This document shows positions 8,072-16,662 of a DNA stretch of 64,000 nucleotides, in pieces. Numbering within the stretch: the first letter of the stretch is position 1; each line of letters starts with the position of its first letter. The notes beneath the pieces were generated by a model. The model ran no database searches and was not told where the DNA came from. It worked only from the letters and a program-made list of their open reading frames with translations. A program made the translations under genes and the position numbers. Location of the stretch: positions 192,154-256,153 of the forward strand of contig JAPLZK010000002.1 of NCBI GenBank assembly GCA_026395055.1. Direction: 5' to 3'. The DNA is from Candidatus Uhrbacteria bacterium. GTDB lineage: Bacteria; Patescibacteriota; Patescibacteriia; UBA9934; GWF2-40-263.

Positions 8072-9385
8072 ATGCAAAATCGAACTCTCGTCAGAGACTT
8101 AAATGACAAACTCGGTCAGACCGTCATTGTTGCGGGTTGGCTTCACCGTTTGCGCGATATGGCCAAATTCGGATTCGCCATCGTGCGCGATCGAAGCGGG
8201 TTGGTTCAGGTTGTTTTGACTGCGGAGCAATTGGAGCAACTGAAAGGTCTACAGGTTGAAACAGTGCTAAAAGTGACGGGTATTGTTGTGGAAAAACGCA
8301 CGAAAGATCCAAATGCACACGAGGTTGAAATTCAGGCAACAACGCTCGAAATTTTGTCTCCTGTTACAGACGTCACGCCCGTTGAAATCAATAATCATGA
8401 TCTTGATGCGCGACTTGAAACCCTTTTGGACAATCGTGTTGTAACTCTGCGTCATCCAAAACAGCGTGCGATTTTCCGCGTGCAAGCGGCATTGGTGCAC
8501 GGATACCGTGCCTATATGGAAAAGCAAGGGTTCACAGAAATCTTTTTTCCTGTGCTTGCGGGGGCGGCATCAGAAGGTGGATCAGAATTTTTTCGCGTGG
8601 ATTATTACGGACGTGATGCGGCGCTCACACAATCAGCGCAGTTGTATAAACAAATCACCATGGGGGTGTATGAAGGTGTGTACGGGGTTTCTTATTCGTT
8701 CCGCGCAGAAAAATTTTCCACTTCGCGCCATTTGACCGAGTTTAACCAATTGGAGTTTGAAGTCGGATTCATTGATAGTATGGAGGAGGTTATGGAGTAT
8801 GTAGAGGGTTCCACACGCGGAATGTTTGCGGCTATTCAGGAAGAGTGTAAAGAAGAGCTGGCATTGCTTAACGTTGTCCTCCCTCCACTTGGAGAAAAAT
8901 TTCCGCGCATTAAATTGATAGATGCACTGCACGTGTATAAGGCGGAAACGGGCATTGATGAAACACACGAGCCAGATTTGTCTCCCGCAGCGGAACGATG
9001 GTTATCAACGGTATGGGCTCCAAAGGTTCATGGGTCCGGATTCGTTTTTGTTACGCATTATCCAGAAACAAAGCGTCCGTTCTATACAAAGCTTGATCCA
9101 GAAGATCCAACATCAACACTCAGTTTTGACTTGATCGGATTTGGAAGTGAAATTGTTTCCGGAGGAATGCGCGTGAATCGTTATGATGAACAGCTTGCAC
9201 GTATTCAGTCAAAAGGTTTGCGTGTAGAAGATTTTGAGGATTATCTCATGATGCATAAATACGGCATCCCACCAGAAGGTGGATTCGGAATGGGATTGCA
9301 ACGTCTGACACAAAATATCTTGGGATTAGCAAATATCAAGGAGGCAACAATTTTTCCTCGCGATGTTCAACGTCTCAGACCATAA
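8072..9385 (+). CDS. aspS: Aspartyl-tRNA synthetase, archaeal/eukaryotic type (short, ~437 aa)
   Basis: Class IIb architecture without the bacterial GAD insertion domain: FRAEKFSTSRHLTEFNQLEFE, GSEIVSGGMR, GGFGMGLQRL. Length and motifs match type-2 AspRS. Confidence 0.8.
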   Translation: MQNRTLVRDLNDKLGQTVIVAGWLHRLRDMAKFGFAIVRDRSGLVQVVLTAEQLEQLKGLQVETVLKVTGIVVEKRTKDPNAHEVEIQATTLEILSPVTDVTPVEINNHDLDARLETLLDNRVVTLRHPKQRAIFRVQAALVHGYRAYMEKQGFTEIFFPVLAGAASEGGSEFFRVDYYGRDAALTQSAQLYKQITMGVYEGVYGVSYSFRAEKFSTSRHLTEFNQLEFEVGFIDSMEEVMEYVEGSTRGMFAAIQEECKEELALLNVVLPPLGEKFPRIKLIDALHVYKAETGIDETHEPDLSPAAERWLSTVWAPKVHGSGFVFVTHYPETKRPFYTKLDPEDPTSTLSFDLIGFGSEIVSGGMRVNRYDEQLARIQSKGLRVEDFEDYLMMHKYGIPPEGGFGMGLQRLTQNILGLANIKEATIFPRDVQRLRP

Positions 9386-9394
9386 ACAGATAAA

Positions 9395-9421
9395 AACCTG
9401 GGGAAAACCCAGGTTTTTTGT
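9395..9421 (+). terminator. Rho-independent terminator after aspS
   Basis: cctggg-gaaaa-cccagg followed by ttttttg. Confidence 0.75.
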
Positions 9422-9504
9422 TTTGCGTGTTCGAGGTGGTTCAGGTAAAATACGCACATAATTCGCGGGGGAGATCCTTCCTTCGTCAGGATGACGCAAA
9501 AAGC

Positions 9505-10197
9505 ATGTTCGAGATAGAATCAGAACAATTCACGGGTCCGCTGGAACTTCTTCTCGAGCTTATCGAAGCGGAATCTTTGTCGATCTCGGAAGTCTCACTT
9601 GCACATGTGACCGAGTCGTATCTTGCGCACATTGAAAAGAACGAACCCCCTGCAGACGAGCTCGCAGATTTTTTGATTGTCGCGACTCGACTTCTTCTTC
9701 TAAAATCCAGACTCCTCCTGCCAGACCCGGTTCTCGAGGAAGAAGATACCTCCGACCTTGCGGCACAGCTCAAAATGTACAAACAGTTCGTGGATCTTTC
9801 CGCACACCTCGAAAAACAATTCAACGCAAAGATCGAATTATTCCCGCGCGAGAAAGCAGATGTCATCAAGATTCTCGAACTCGTGATTCCAGACGGTGTC
9901 TCAACAACTTCGCTTCACGAATCATTCGCCAAGCTCCTCAAGAACTTGGAACCATTTTTCAATCTGAAACAAGTTGCCCTTGAGCGTGTCGTCTCCGTCA
10001 AAGAGCGGTTCGATGAAATTCGCAATGCGATTATGGAACGAGCCCGATTCACATTCAGAGATATTGTGGGAACAGGGAAGTCGAGAGTTGATACCGTTAT
10101 TAGCTTCCTCGCCCTTCTTGAACTCGTAAAGCAGCGCGTCGTTCATGTTGTCCAAGGTGAGTCATTTGAGGATATTGAGATTAAACGCATTGACTAA
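9505..10197 (+). CDS. scpA: Segregation and condensation protein A
   Basis: MFEIESEQFTGPLELLLELIE... is typical of ScpA; followed directly by scpB. Start trimmed to the ATG at 9505. Confidence 0.8.
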   Translation: MFEIESEQFTGPLELLLELIEAESLSISEVSLAHVTESYLAHIEKNEPPADELADFLIVATRLLLLKSRLLLPDPVLEEEDTSDLAAQLKMYKQFVDLSAHLEKQFNAKIELFPREKADVIKILELVIPDGVSTTSLHESFAKLLKNLEPFFNLKQVALERVVSVKERFDEIRNAIMERARFTFRDIVGTGKSRVDTVISFLALLELVKQRVVHVVQGESFEDIEIKRID

Positions 10198-10200
10198 TCT

Positions 10201-10752
10201 ATGCTCACAACAAATATTGAATCCATCCTCTTTGCTGCCGCGAAACCCATTTCTCTTGATCAGCTCAAGAAATATTTTGATGTCTCAAGTGAAGTGATTG
10301 TGGAAGCGGTTGAAGATATTCGTACACGTTATAATCGCGAGACATCCGGTATTCATCTTCTTGAACAAGAAGGGAAGGTTCAGTTTGTAACGAACCCAGA
10401 TGCATCAGAGGATGTCGCGAGCTTTTTGAAAAAAGATGCAACAAGTCCTCTCACCAAACCATCACTTGAGACGCTTACGGTTATTGCGTATCGTGGGCCA
10501 GTGACTCGACCCGAGCTCGAACAAATTCGTGGTGTGAACTGTGGAGTGATCCTTCGAAACTTGATGATTCGAGGATTCATCGAGGAGACGCAGGATCGGA
10601 CGCGGCTGCAACCGGTCTATTCCGTTTCGATGGACTTTATGCGCAAGCTTGGTCTCACGCATCTCGAAGAGTTACCCGAGTACGAATCATTTCATACAAA
10701 TGAATCTATTGACGAATTGCTTAAGACAACCCCAGAAGAACCGGTTGTATGA
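10201..10752 (+). CDS. scpB: Segregation and condensation protein B
   Basis: Tandem winged-helix ScpB signature (ESILFAAAKPISLDQL ... LETLTVIAYRGPVTRPELEQIRGV). Confidence 0.85.
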   Translation: MLTTNIESILFAAAKPISLDQLKKYFDVSSEVIVEAVEDIRTRYNRETSGIHLLEQEGKVQFVTNPDASEDVASFLKKDATSPLTKPSLETLTVIAYRGPVTRPELEQIRGVNCGVILRNLMIRGFIEETQDRTRLQPVYSVSMDFMRKLGLTHLEELPEYESFHTNESIDELLKTTPEEPVV

Positions 10753-11762
10753 TTTTAAAGTTCTTCACGCAAATTATTCTCGCCTCCACGTTATTGCAAT
10801 TGTTTCCTGTTGACGTCAGTGACGTTCAACGTCTTGCAACGCACCCGAGTGAACAAGCGCCATCGCTTTATAATTTTTTTACGCTGCCAAACGCACACTT
10901 ACCTCAGTCGGCTGATGCAGCTCCAACCAAGATTCATCCAAACAGTCTTGGGGTCGTGACCTCTGCGGAGAGTGCGATTGTCGTGGATAGAAAAACAAAA
11001 CAGATTTTATTTCAAAAAAATATAGACACACCGCGTTCCATTGGTTCCATCACAAAGCTTATGACCGCATTTGTCTTCTTGAGCACCAACCCTGATTTAA
11101 ATGCCCCCGCAAAATTACAAGCAGAAGACTTTCGTGCGGGGGGCGTACAGCATGTGGGATTTGGCGACGACGCAACCGTAAAAGATATTTTATATGCAAG
11201 CCTGATTAGTTCTGATAATTCCGCAACGGCATCGCTCGCGCGATTATCCGGCATGAGCATTCAGGATTTTGTAGTGAAGATGAATAAGACCGCCATTTCA
11301 ATGGGAATGGAACGCACACATTTTGAGGATCCAACAGGGTTGTCTCCTCGGAATGAATCGGTCGTTTCTGATCTCGTAAAGATGCTCGATGTTGTCGCAC
11401 AAAATGATATTATCCGAGACGCAACAGAACATGACACCTTTGCCATTACGACCGTGTCCGGGAAAACGTATAATCTAAAAAGCACGGATCAACTTCTTTC
11501 CAGTTTCGTGAATCAACAACCGTATCGTATTGTCGCGGGGAAAACAGGATATCTCCCTGAGGCCGGCTATTGTCTCGGAACCGTTTTGAACCACGACGGC
11601 GCGGGTGACATCATTGTTGTTGTGCTTGGATCAGAGACGAATGCGGATCGTTTTCAGGATATTAAGTCTCTTGCCGTTTGGTCTTATCAAACGTTTAAAT
11701 GGCCAGGTCAACTTTCTTATGTTGCAAAAACTCATGGCGCTGATCCACTTTTTACCGAGTGA
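10749..11762 (+). CDS. dacA: D-alanyl-D-alanine carboxypeptidase (S11, PBP5-like), secreted
   Basis: Signal peptide and the active-site triad SITK (SxxK), SDN (SxN), KTG. ATGA overlap with the scpB stop. Confidence 0.8.
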   Translation: MILKFFTQIILASTLLQLFPVDVSDVQRLATHPSEQAPSLYNFFTLPNAHLPQSADAAPTKIHPNSLGVVTSAESAIVVDRKTKQILFQKNIDTPRSIGSITKLMTAFVFLSTNPDLNAPAKLQAEDFRAGGVQHVGFGDDATVKDILYASLISSDNSATASLARLSGMSIQDFVVKMNKTAISMGMERTHFEDPTGLSPRNESVVSDLVKMLDVVAQNDIIRDATEHDTFAITTVSGKTYNLKSTDQLLSSFVNQQPYRIVAGKTGYLPEAGYCLGTVLNHDGAGDIIVVVLGSETNADRFQDIKSLAVWSYQTFKWPGQLSYVAKTHGADPLFTE

Positions 11763-12210
11763 GCTTGTCATTGCGCTCCTTGCGGCAATGCCTATCGTTG
11801 AATTGCGTGCGGCAATTCCTGTTGGGGTTGGTGTTTACCATATGTCTTCTGTGTCGGCTTATGGTTGGTCCGTTCTTGGGAATTTGATCCCGCTTGTTTT
11901 GCTTTTTCTCTATTTACCAAGACTTATTTCTGCTCTTTCATTTTATTCTCCAAAGATCCATGGGATCTTCGAACGCTATTTTTTTCGATTGTCAAAAAAA
12001 CATGCAGAGGCACTGAATCGTTATGGCTCTTTGTTTCTTTTGGTCTTTGTTGGGATTCCGCACCCAGGAGGGGGAGTATGGACCGCAAGTTTGCTTGCGA
12101 TTTTATTTCGCCTGCATCCAAAGTTTGCGATTCCTGCAATTGCGGGCGGAGTTCTTATCTCAGGTCTGGTCGTTCTTTTTTTGACGGAAGCATCGATAAA
12201 ATTATTTTGA
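11719..12210 (+). CDS. Putative small multidrug export membrane protein (COG2426 / Sm_multidrug_ex-like)
   Basis: Polytopic membrane protein with conserved VGIPHPGGGVWTASLLA. Start uncertain (ATGs at 11605, 11641, 11719, 11734); 5' region overlaps the dacA end. Confidence 0.55.
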   Translation: MLQKLMALIHFLPSELVIALLAAMPIVELRAAIPVGVGVYHMSSVSAYGWSVLGNLIPLVLLFLYLPRLISALSFYSPKIHGIFERYFFRLSKKHAEALNRYGSLFLLVFVGIPHPGGGVWTASLLAILFRLHPKFAIPAIAGGVLISGLVVLFLTEASIKLF

Positions 12211-12212
12211 GT

Positions 12213-13385
12213 ATGCGAATCGCGATCGATGGAGAAACACTGTGTGATGCCGCGGGAGGTGTTGGTGCGGGAATCGAACACTATACATGGGAATTCCTTT
12301 CTGCCCTTGTGCGACAAAAAACGTCGCACGTGTTTCTGATTTCTGTTCCGAATCAACTCACAGAACAACGTGTCCGCACGCTCCTCGAGGGGGCGCAAAG
12401 TGAAGTTGTGATTTTGCGATCTCTTTTGCCACGCGTTTCATTTTTTTCGCACCATCTCTTTCTTCCGCTGCGCTTTAAGCTGAAGGGAGCCGATTTGCTT
12501 TTCAGTCCAAGCGGACAAATTCCTCTTGGATGGTTCGGAAAATCTGTGACGACCATTCACGATGTTGCTATTTATGAACATCCGGAATGGTTTGCTTCTT
12601 TGGGGAATCAACGATTTTCTACGCGTATGGTTGTGCCACGTTCCATTGAACGCGCAGATCGTTTGCTTGCCGTCTCGCAAACAACGGCAGAACGTCTCGT
12701 GCAACTCTTTCCGTCCGTTGCAAGTAAAACAGCGGTTGTCTATGAAGGTGTTTCCGTTCCGGGAGATTTCTCTTACGACATTTCTTCAAAACGTTTTCCA
12801 TTCGATCGAGATGTTGTGTTATTTTTAGGAACCATTGAACCACGCAAAAATCTTCCGTTCGCAATTGAAGCGTTCGATACATTTCTTCGACAACATCCTG
12901 AATGTGTGACAACTGTTCGATTTATTCTTGCGGGAAAAAAAGGATGGGGAACAGAAGAGGTGACGAGACTGGTGGAAGATGTAAATCGCGTGTGGTCCGA
13001 TTTAGAACCAGAGGGCGTGATTCAATTTTTAGGAATGGTGACCGAAGAAGAAAAATGGACACTCCTTGCGCGCGCATCTGTGTTCCTTTTTCCATCGTTC
13101 GACGAAGGGTTCGGATTACCTATTCTTGAAGCGATGGCCGTTGGAACACCTGTTATTGCCTCGAAGGCCGAAGCCCTTGTGGAGATTGGTGGAGATGCGG
13201 TCATGAGTGTAGACGACGTTGAATCGTTCGCCCTTGCGATGGCGCAATGTCTCTTGCTTCCAGAAGGAGTAAAGATGTTGCGACAAGATGGGCTCGACAG
13301 GGCAAAACAATTTACTTGGGAGAAGACGGCAAAGGAAACAGTAAGAATCATAGAATCTCTAGAAAACAAAAAGTCACTGGAATAA
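12213..13385 (+). CDS. Glycosyltransferase family 4 (GT-B fold)
   Basis: MRIAIDGETL... N-terminal domain and the C-terminal EGFGLPILEAMAVGTPVIAS GT1/GT4 signature. ATG at 12213 follows the upstream stop at 12210. Confidence 0.85.
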   Translation: MRIAIDGETLCDAAGGVGAGIEHYTWEFLSALVRQKTSHVFLISVPNQLTEQRVRTLLEGAQSEVVILRSLLPRVSFFSHHLFLPLRFKLKGADLLFSPSGQIPLGWFGKSVTTIHDVAIYEHPEWFASLGNQRFSTRMVVPRSIERADRLLAVSQTTAERLVQLFPSVASKTAVVYEGVSVPGDFSYDISSKRFPFDRDVVLFLGTIEPRKNLPFAIEAFDTFLRQHPECVTTVRFILAGKKGWGTEEVTRLVEDVNRVWSDLEPEGVIQFLGMVTEEEKWTLLARASVFLFPSFDEGFGLPILEAMAVGTPVIASKAEALVEIGGDAVMSVDDVESFALAMAQCLLLPEGVKMLRQDGLDRAKQFTWEKTAKETVRIIESLENKKSLE

Positions 13386-13404
13386 CCCAGTGACTTTTTT
13401 TATA
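13370..13404. terminator. Bidirectional terminator between convergent genes
   Basis: agtcactgg-aataaccc-agtgact flanked by an A-run upstream and a T-run downstream. Confidence 0.7.
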
Positions 13405-13861
13405 ATTTTGTTTGAAGATAGGCGATCAAGACAACCTGTGCCATGAGGGCGTAATACAATGGAACTTCGCCTTTTCGTTTCACAAAGTAATCATGAAAGA
13501 AGAAGTGCATTTTGAAGAACCATTTCAGGAGTGGGGACTTCGTAAGATCGTAAAGACCAACAAGAAGATCAGGTAATACTCCTCCGATGATTCCCCAAGT
13601 GAAGTTGCGAACAGAGATAATGTCTCTTGTGTTTGCAAGCATGAGGACAAAGAAGATGGCGATGATCGCGTCAACAGCAACATAGGCCACGGCCTGTTTA
13701 CGGCGACGTTTGTGTACGCGAAAGTTGTCAGACAAGCCCGTGTCTCCGTGTGGAATCATGTCCACAAGAAAATGTGAAATGAACCCAAAGACAAAAGCCA
13801 TGAGTGGATTACCGGCTGCTTTTGCAAGAACAGCGCCTAACGTCGCGTGAGTGGTCAGTGT
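13400..13861 (-). CDS. Hypothetical membrane protein, possibly YdjM/DUF457-like membrane-bound metal-dependent hydrolase
   Basis: Several TM helices and an SHFLVDMIPHGD His/Asp motif. Start ambiguous (the track ORF runs to 13939). Confidence 0.4.
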   Translation of the reverse strand, partial: TLTTHATLGAVLAKAAGNPLMAFVFGFISHFLVDMIPHGDTGLSDNFRVHKRRRKQAVAYVAVDAIIAIFFVLMLANTRDIISVRNFTWGIIGGVLPDLLVGLYDLTKSPLLKWFFKMHFFFHDYFVKRKGEVPLYYALMAQVVLIAYLQTKL

Positions 13862-14014
13862 CATAGATGGGAGGAGTATAGCATGGATTCGAGGGGACGG
13901 GAAGGGCTGGCGGGTTTCGAAAGCTTTTGAATAAAGCATTTTTATGGGACATTCCTTGACAAAACTCGTTTTCCATGGTAGTTTTTTTCGTTCTCAATCA
14001 CATGGAGGGGACTC

Positions 14015-14515
14015 GTGGCAAACAAATCTGTTCTGTGTTTTGTCTCAGGTGATCGTGCTTACTTCACGACATGTAATCTTGAAGAACAGGCCGGTGATGA
14101 ATGGCGTAAACCTATCACACCTAACTGCAACGATGCAGATGTACCTTACTACCCAAGAAATAAAGATGATTTCCGTGAAGATGGTTTCCCGAAATGGGAA
14201 GTGTCTGTTCTGAAATGGGTGTGTCGAGCGGTACAACTCGAAACGCCGGATGCGCATTGGGGCCCATTCATTTCGATTCACGACATCAATAACGGAATTG
14301 CTCCATGGTTGACCAGCGGTAATTACTGGCAGGACGAGGATGGAAATCCGATCGAGGAAAGTCACCTGGCGAGCCCTGTCGTGATTCATCCTTGGGACTG
14401 GCAGTTATCGACTGAAGTCGTGTCGATCATGGCCGGAACCACGAAGGAAGAATTTCGATACGTGATCGAATCGCTGGGCGGACGTGTTGAGGAGATAGGA
14501 AAACTCGGTGAATAG
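14015..14515 (+). CDS. Hypothetical protein
   Basis: 166-aa ORF, Trp/Asp-rich, no recognised motif. A GGAGGGG sequence lies upstream. Confidence 0.4.
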   Translation: MANKSVLCFVSGDRAYFTTCNLEEQAGDEWRKPITPNCNDADVPYYPRNKDDFREDGFPKWEVSVLKWVCRAVQLETPDAHWGPFISIHDINNGIAPWLTSGNYWQDEDGNPIEESHLASPVVIHPWDWQLSTEVVSIMAGTTKEEFRYVIESLGGRVEEIGKLGE

Positions 14516-14587
14516 AATCGGCTTAACTTGCGCATTGTGTGTGGTGGAACGTTCCATCATCATGATGCGCTCTTTTATTTGGAAAGG

Positions 14588-14616
14588 AGAAACAAAAAAC
14601 CACCACATGCGTGATG
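14588..14616 (-). terminator. Rho-independent terminator (minus strand) of the CCAUCAC/GUGGUGG family
   Basis: On the minus-strand RNA: ccaucac-gcaug-uggugg followed by uuuuuuguuuc. Confidence 0.65.
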
Positions 14617-14617
14617 G

Positions 14618-15073
14618 CTAGCGGGTCGAAGGGGCCTGAGGCAGAGAGTACGCGCCCGTGATGGGGCTGTAACGCAGAGCCTGGATTTGCGTGCAGGAAT
14701 CCGGTGAAAGACCGAGTTCCGAGAAGCCGCGTTTCCAATCGCCGTTCTCGACCTGAACACGGTTGTAGTGTCCGGAAAGGTGCATGAGGTTGCCGCCTTG
14801 CGGATCCTTCCAATAAATTCCGTCCGAGTGCGGTTCGTTGTCGATGGAAGCGCCATGGAGTTCCCAACAGCGATACGGCTTGCCGTTCATATCCATCTGA
14901 ATGACGACCCAATCGGCGCCGAAGCTTTCAGCGTTGCAAGAAGCACAGGAGCGTCCCATGCCAGCACAGCCGACCATGACGAGCATGAGGGAAATCCACG
15001 AACGATTCAATAGATGTCTGAACACGAGAACCTCACGTTCTCGAAGCGTCTGTTGCTTCGATCGAGGAAACAA
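14618..15073 (-). CDS. Hypothetical secreted Cys-containing protein
   Basis: N-terminal signal-peptide-like segment LMLVMVGCAGMG, 151 aa. Confidence 0.4.
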   Translation of the reverse strand: MFPRSKQQTLREREVLVFRHLLNRSWISLMLVMVGCAGMGRSCASCNAESFGADWVVIQMDMNGKPYRCWELHGASIDNEPHSDGIYWKDPQGGNLMHLSGHYNRVQVENGDWKRGFSELGLSPDSCTQIQALRYSPITGAYSLPQAPSTR

Positions 15074-15111
15074 TAGGTGAATGTGTGCATTTTGTCAATA
15101 GATTCCCGCAA

Positions 15112-15146
15112 ACAAAAAACCACCACGTGACGTGATGGATTTTTTG
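15112..15146. terminator. Bidirectional terminator, same hairpin family
   Basis: aaacaaaaaa-ccaccacg-tga-cgtgatgg-attttttgg. Better paired on the minus-strand RNA and follows the minus-strand tRNA. Confidence 0.65.
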
Positions 15147-15221
15147 GTAGCTGGAGAGGGGGTCGAACCCTCGACCTCGGGCTTATGAGTCCCGCGCTCT
15201 AACCAACTGAGCTACCCAGCC
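15145..15221 (-). tRNA. tRNA with CAT anticodon (elongator tRNA-Met or lysidine tRNA-Ile2)
   Basis: Reverse complement folds as a cloverleaf: acceptor GGCTGGG / TCCAGCT, D-arm GCTC-AGTTGGTTA-GAGC, anticodon loop CTCATAA, T-arm GAGGG-TTCGACC-CCCTC, 3' ACCA encoded. C11:G24 is elongator-like. Confidence 0.8.
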
Positions 15222-15348
15222 GTAAAAACTTTCTAAATTGGCGATCTTTCGGCTTGCGCTCCGCGTGCTTCATCGAAGGACGTCTATGTCCATCTCCGTC
15301 GCATGCTCGCGCTGCACCGAAATCTCATCCAATTTAGAAAGTTTTTAC
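15222..15348. repeat. Perfect 20-bp inverted repeat (GTAAAAACTTTCTAAATTGG / CCAATTTAGAAAGTTTTTAC) enclosing an 87-nt GC-rich spacer
   Basis: Arms at 15222-15241 and 15329-15348 are exact reverse complements. The element lies between the two minus-strand tRNAs and abuts the 5' end of the tRNA-CAT gene. Confidence 0.85.
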
Positions 15349-15374
15349 ACTCGCTTTGATTGGATGATTTTCCT

Positions 15375-15459
15375 TGGTGCCGACAGTGGGACTTGAACCC
15401 ACATGAGTTTCCCCACACGATTTTGAGTCGTGCGCGTATACCAGTTCCGCCATGTCGGC
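15375..15459 (-). tRNA. tRNA-Leu (CAA), type II with long variable arm
   Basis: Reverse complement GCCGACA...CACGA-CTCAAAA-TCGTG...GTGGG-TTCAAGT-CCCAC-TGTCGGC-ACCA; anticodon CAA; 85 nt. Confidence 0.85.
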
Positions 15460-15558
15460 CTGTTAAGGTAGCGATAAGATATCAAAATAACGAAAAACTG
15501 TCCAGCTCAGAATCTAAGGTATTGTTGACAGTTCGACCATGATCAGGCATACTTTCGC

Positions 15559-15635
15559 TGCGGGGTAGAGCAGCCTGGCAGCTCGTCGGGCTCATAACCC
15601 GAAGGTCATTGGTTCAAATCCAATCCCCGCAACCA
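15559..15635 (+). tRNA. Initiator tRNA-fMet (CAT)
   Basis: Near-identical to the canonical bacterial initiator. Three consecutive G:C pairs 29-31:39-41 (TCGGG-CTCATAA-CCCGA), A11:U24 in the D-stem, GGTTCAAATCC T-arm, weak U1:A72 end pair, CCA encoded. Confidence 0.85.
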
Positions 15636-15639
15636 AAAA

Positions 15640-15670
15640 TCCATCACCTTGTGTGGTGGTTTTTTGTTTC
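15640..15670 (+). terminator. Rho-independent terminator after tRNA-fMet, same hairpin family
   Basis: ccatcac-cttgt-gtggtgg followed by ttttttgtttc. Confidence 0.7.
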
Positions 15671-15751
15671 TGGTCATGATTGACATAGAATCAAATCCTT
15701 GTTAATCTTCGTTCTTCTTTGATATGAGGGTGGTGTCTTGTCTGGCATAAA

Positions 15752-16657
15752 ATGCTTGATAAAGCATTGGTCTCATTTCTGATGATCAATCGTGTTTTCC
15801 GAGCGATTCGGATGCATAAACAAGGGGTTGTGAGAATGCTGATCACGATCAGTGTGGGGATTGTTTGTCTTGCAGCATGTGTGCTGCTTGATTACGTCAC
15901 GAGTCCTACATACAAGCGATTCAAAGATGAAGAAGTGCCGAGCTCGGTCGGATATCCGGCGGGCTGGAAACTGAAATCACTTTCCGAACAAGTGAAAATT
16001 CTCAAGCGACATTTTCCGCTGCTTGACGTCTCGCATGCGGAAGAACTTGCGATGGCATATCAGCACAACGGAGCATTGGTTCTTCCAGATGGAATGGATG
16101 GACTCGTCGTGATTCCAAAGTACATGGCGGTTGCAAAAGAAGTTGGTTCGGCGGATTGGCCGGCGTATAATCGTGCAATGGCGCTGTTGATCTCTGTCAT
16201 TAAAAAGACACGTACGGATTTTGTTCTGTATGCAGATGGTCTTGGTCCAAACAATGAGCGTCTCTCGAAGAGTGCTCGCCGATTTTACGAGGCACAGAAG
16301 GATGTTCCTGGTGATGTACTCGTCATTCCGGTTCAGACAGGACTTTTCCATCGTGGAAGGTCGTTCCGACGCGCTCGCGCACTATTTGCGCCAAATGAAT
16401 TCGATCTGGATGCGTTCGCGATTGGATGCGTCATTCTCACACACCCGGAACGATTGCGGAATGCAGATGCTCTCTGGATCGATTGCGCCGGAACGGAAAC
16501 GCAAGATCTTGGAAAGATTCTGAGCATGTTCGGTATGGGTTTTTCGAACACCTCCGGTTGGGGTTTTGAGAACAACGAGCTTCGATACGTTTCCTACAAG
16601 TTGCGCGTCGACTTTGCTCACCCGGGATTTGGTCCTGGATCAACGGTTCTGTTTTAG
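15752..16657 (+). CDS. Hypothetical membrane-anchored protein
   Basis: 301-aa ORF with an N-terminal TM helix (MLITISVGIVCLAACVLL); no recognised catalytic motif. Confidence 0.45.
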   Translation: MLDKALVSFLMINRVFRAIRMHKQGVVRMLITISVGIVCLAACVLLDYVTSPTYKRFKDEEVPSSVGYPAGWKLKSLSEQVKILKRHFPLLDVSHAEELAMAYQHNGALVLPDGMDGLVVIPKYMAVAKEVGSADWPAYNRAMALLISVIKKTRTDFVLYADGLGPNNERLSKSARRFYEAQKDVPGDVLVIPVQTGLFHRGRSFRRARALFAPNEFDLDAFAIGCVILTHPERLRNADALWIDCAGTETQDLGKILSMFGMGFSNTSGWGFENNELRYVSYKLRVDFAHPGFGPGSTVLF

Positions 16658-16662
16658 ATCTC

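Noticed and set aside
11865-12212. 506-aa reading of the glycosyltransferase ORF starting at 11865
   Set aside because: Its first 116 codons overlap the COG2426 membrane protein gene in another frame and carry no GT motif. The GT domain begins with MRIAIDG at 12213, right after the upstream stop.
15360-15542. 60-aa plus-strand ORF in the tRNA cluster
   Set aside because: Overlaps the tRNA-Leu gene on the opposite strand and has no RBS. The region is explained by tRNAs and terminators.
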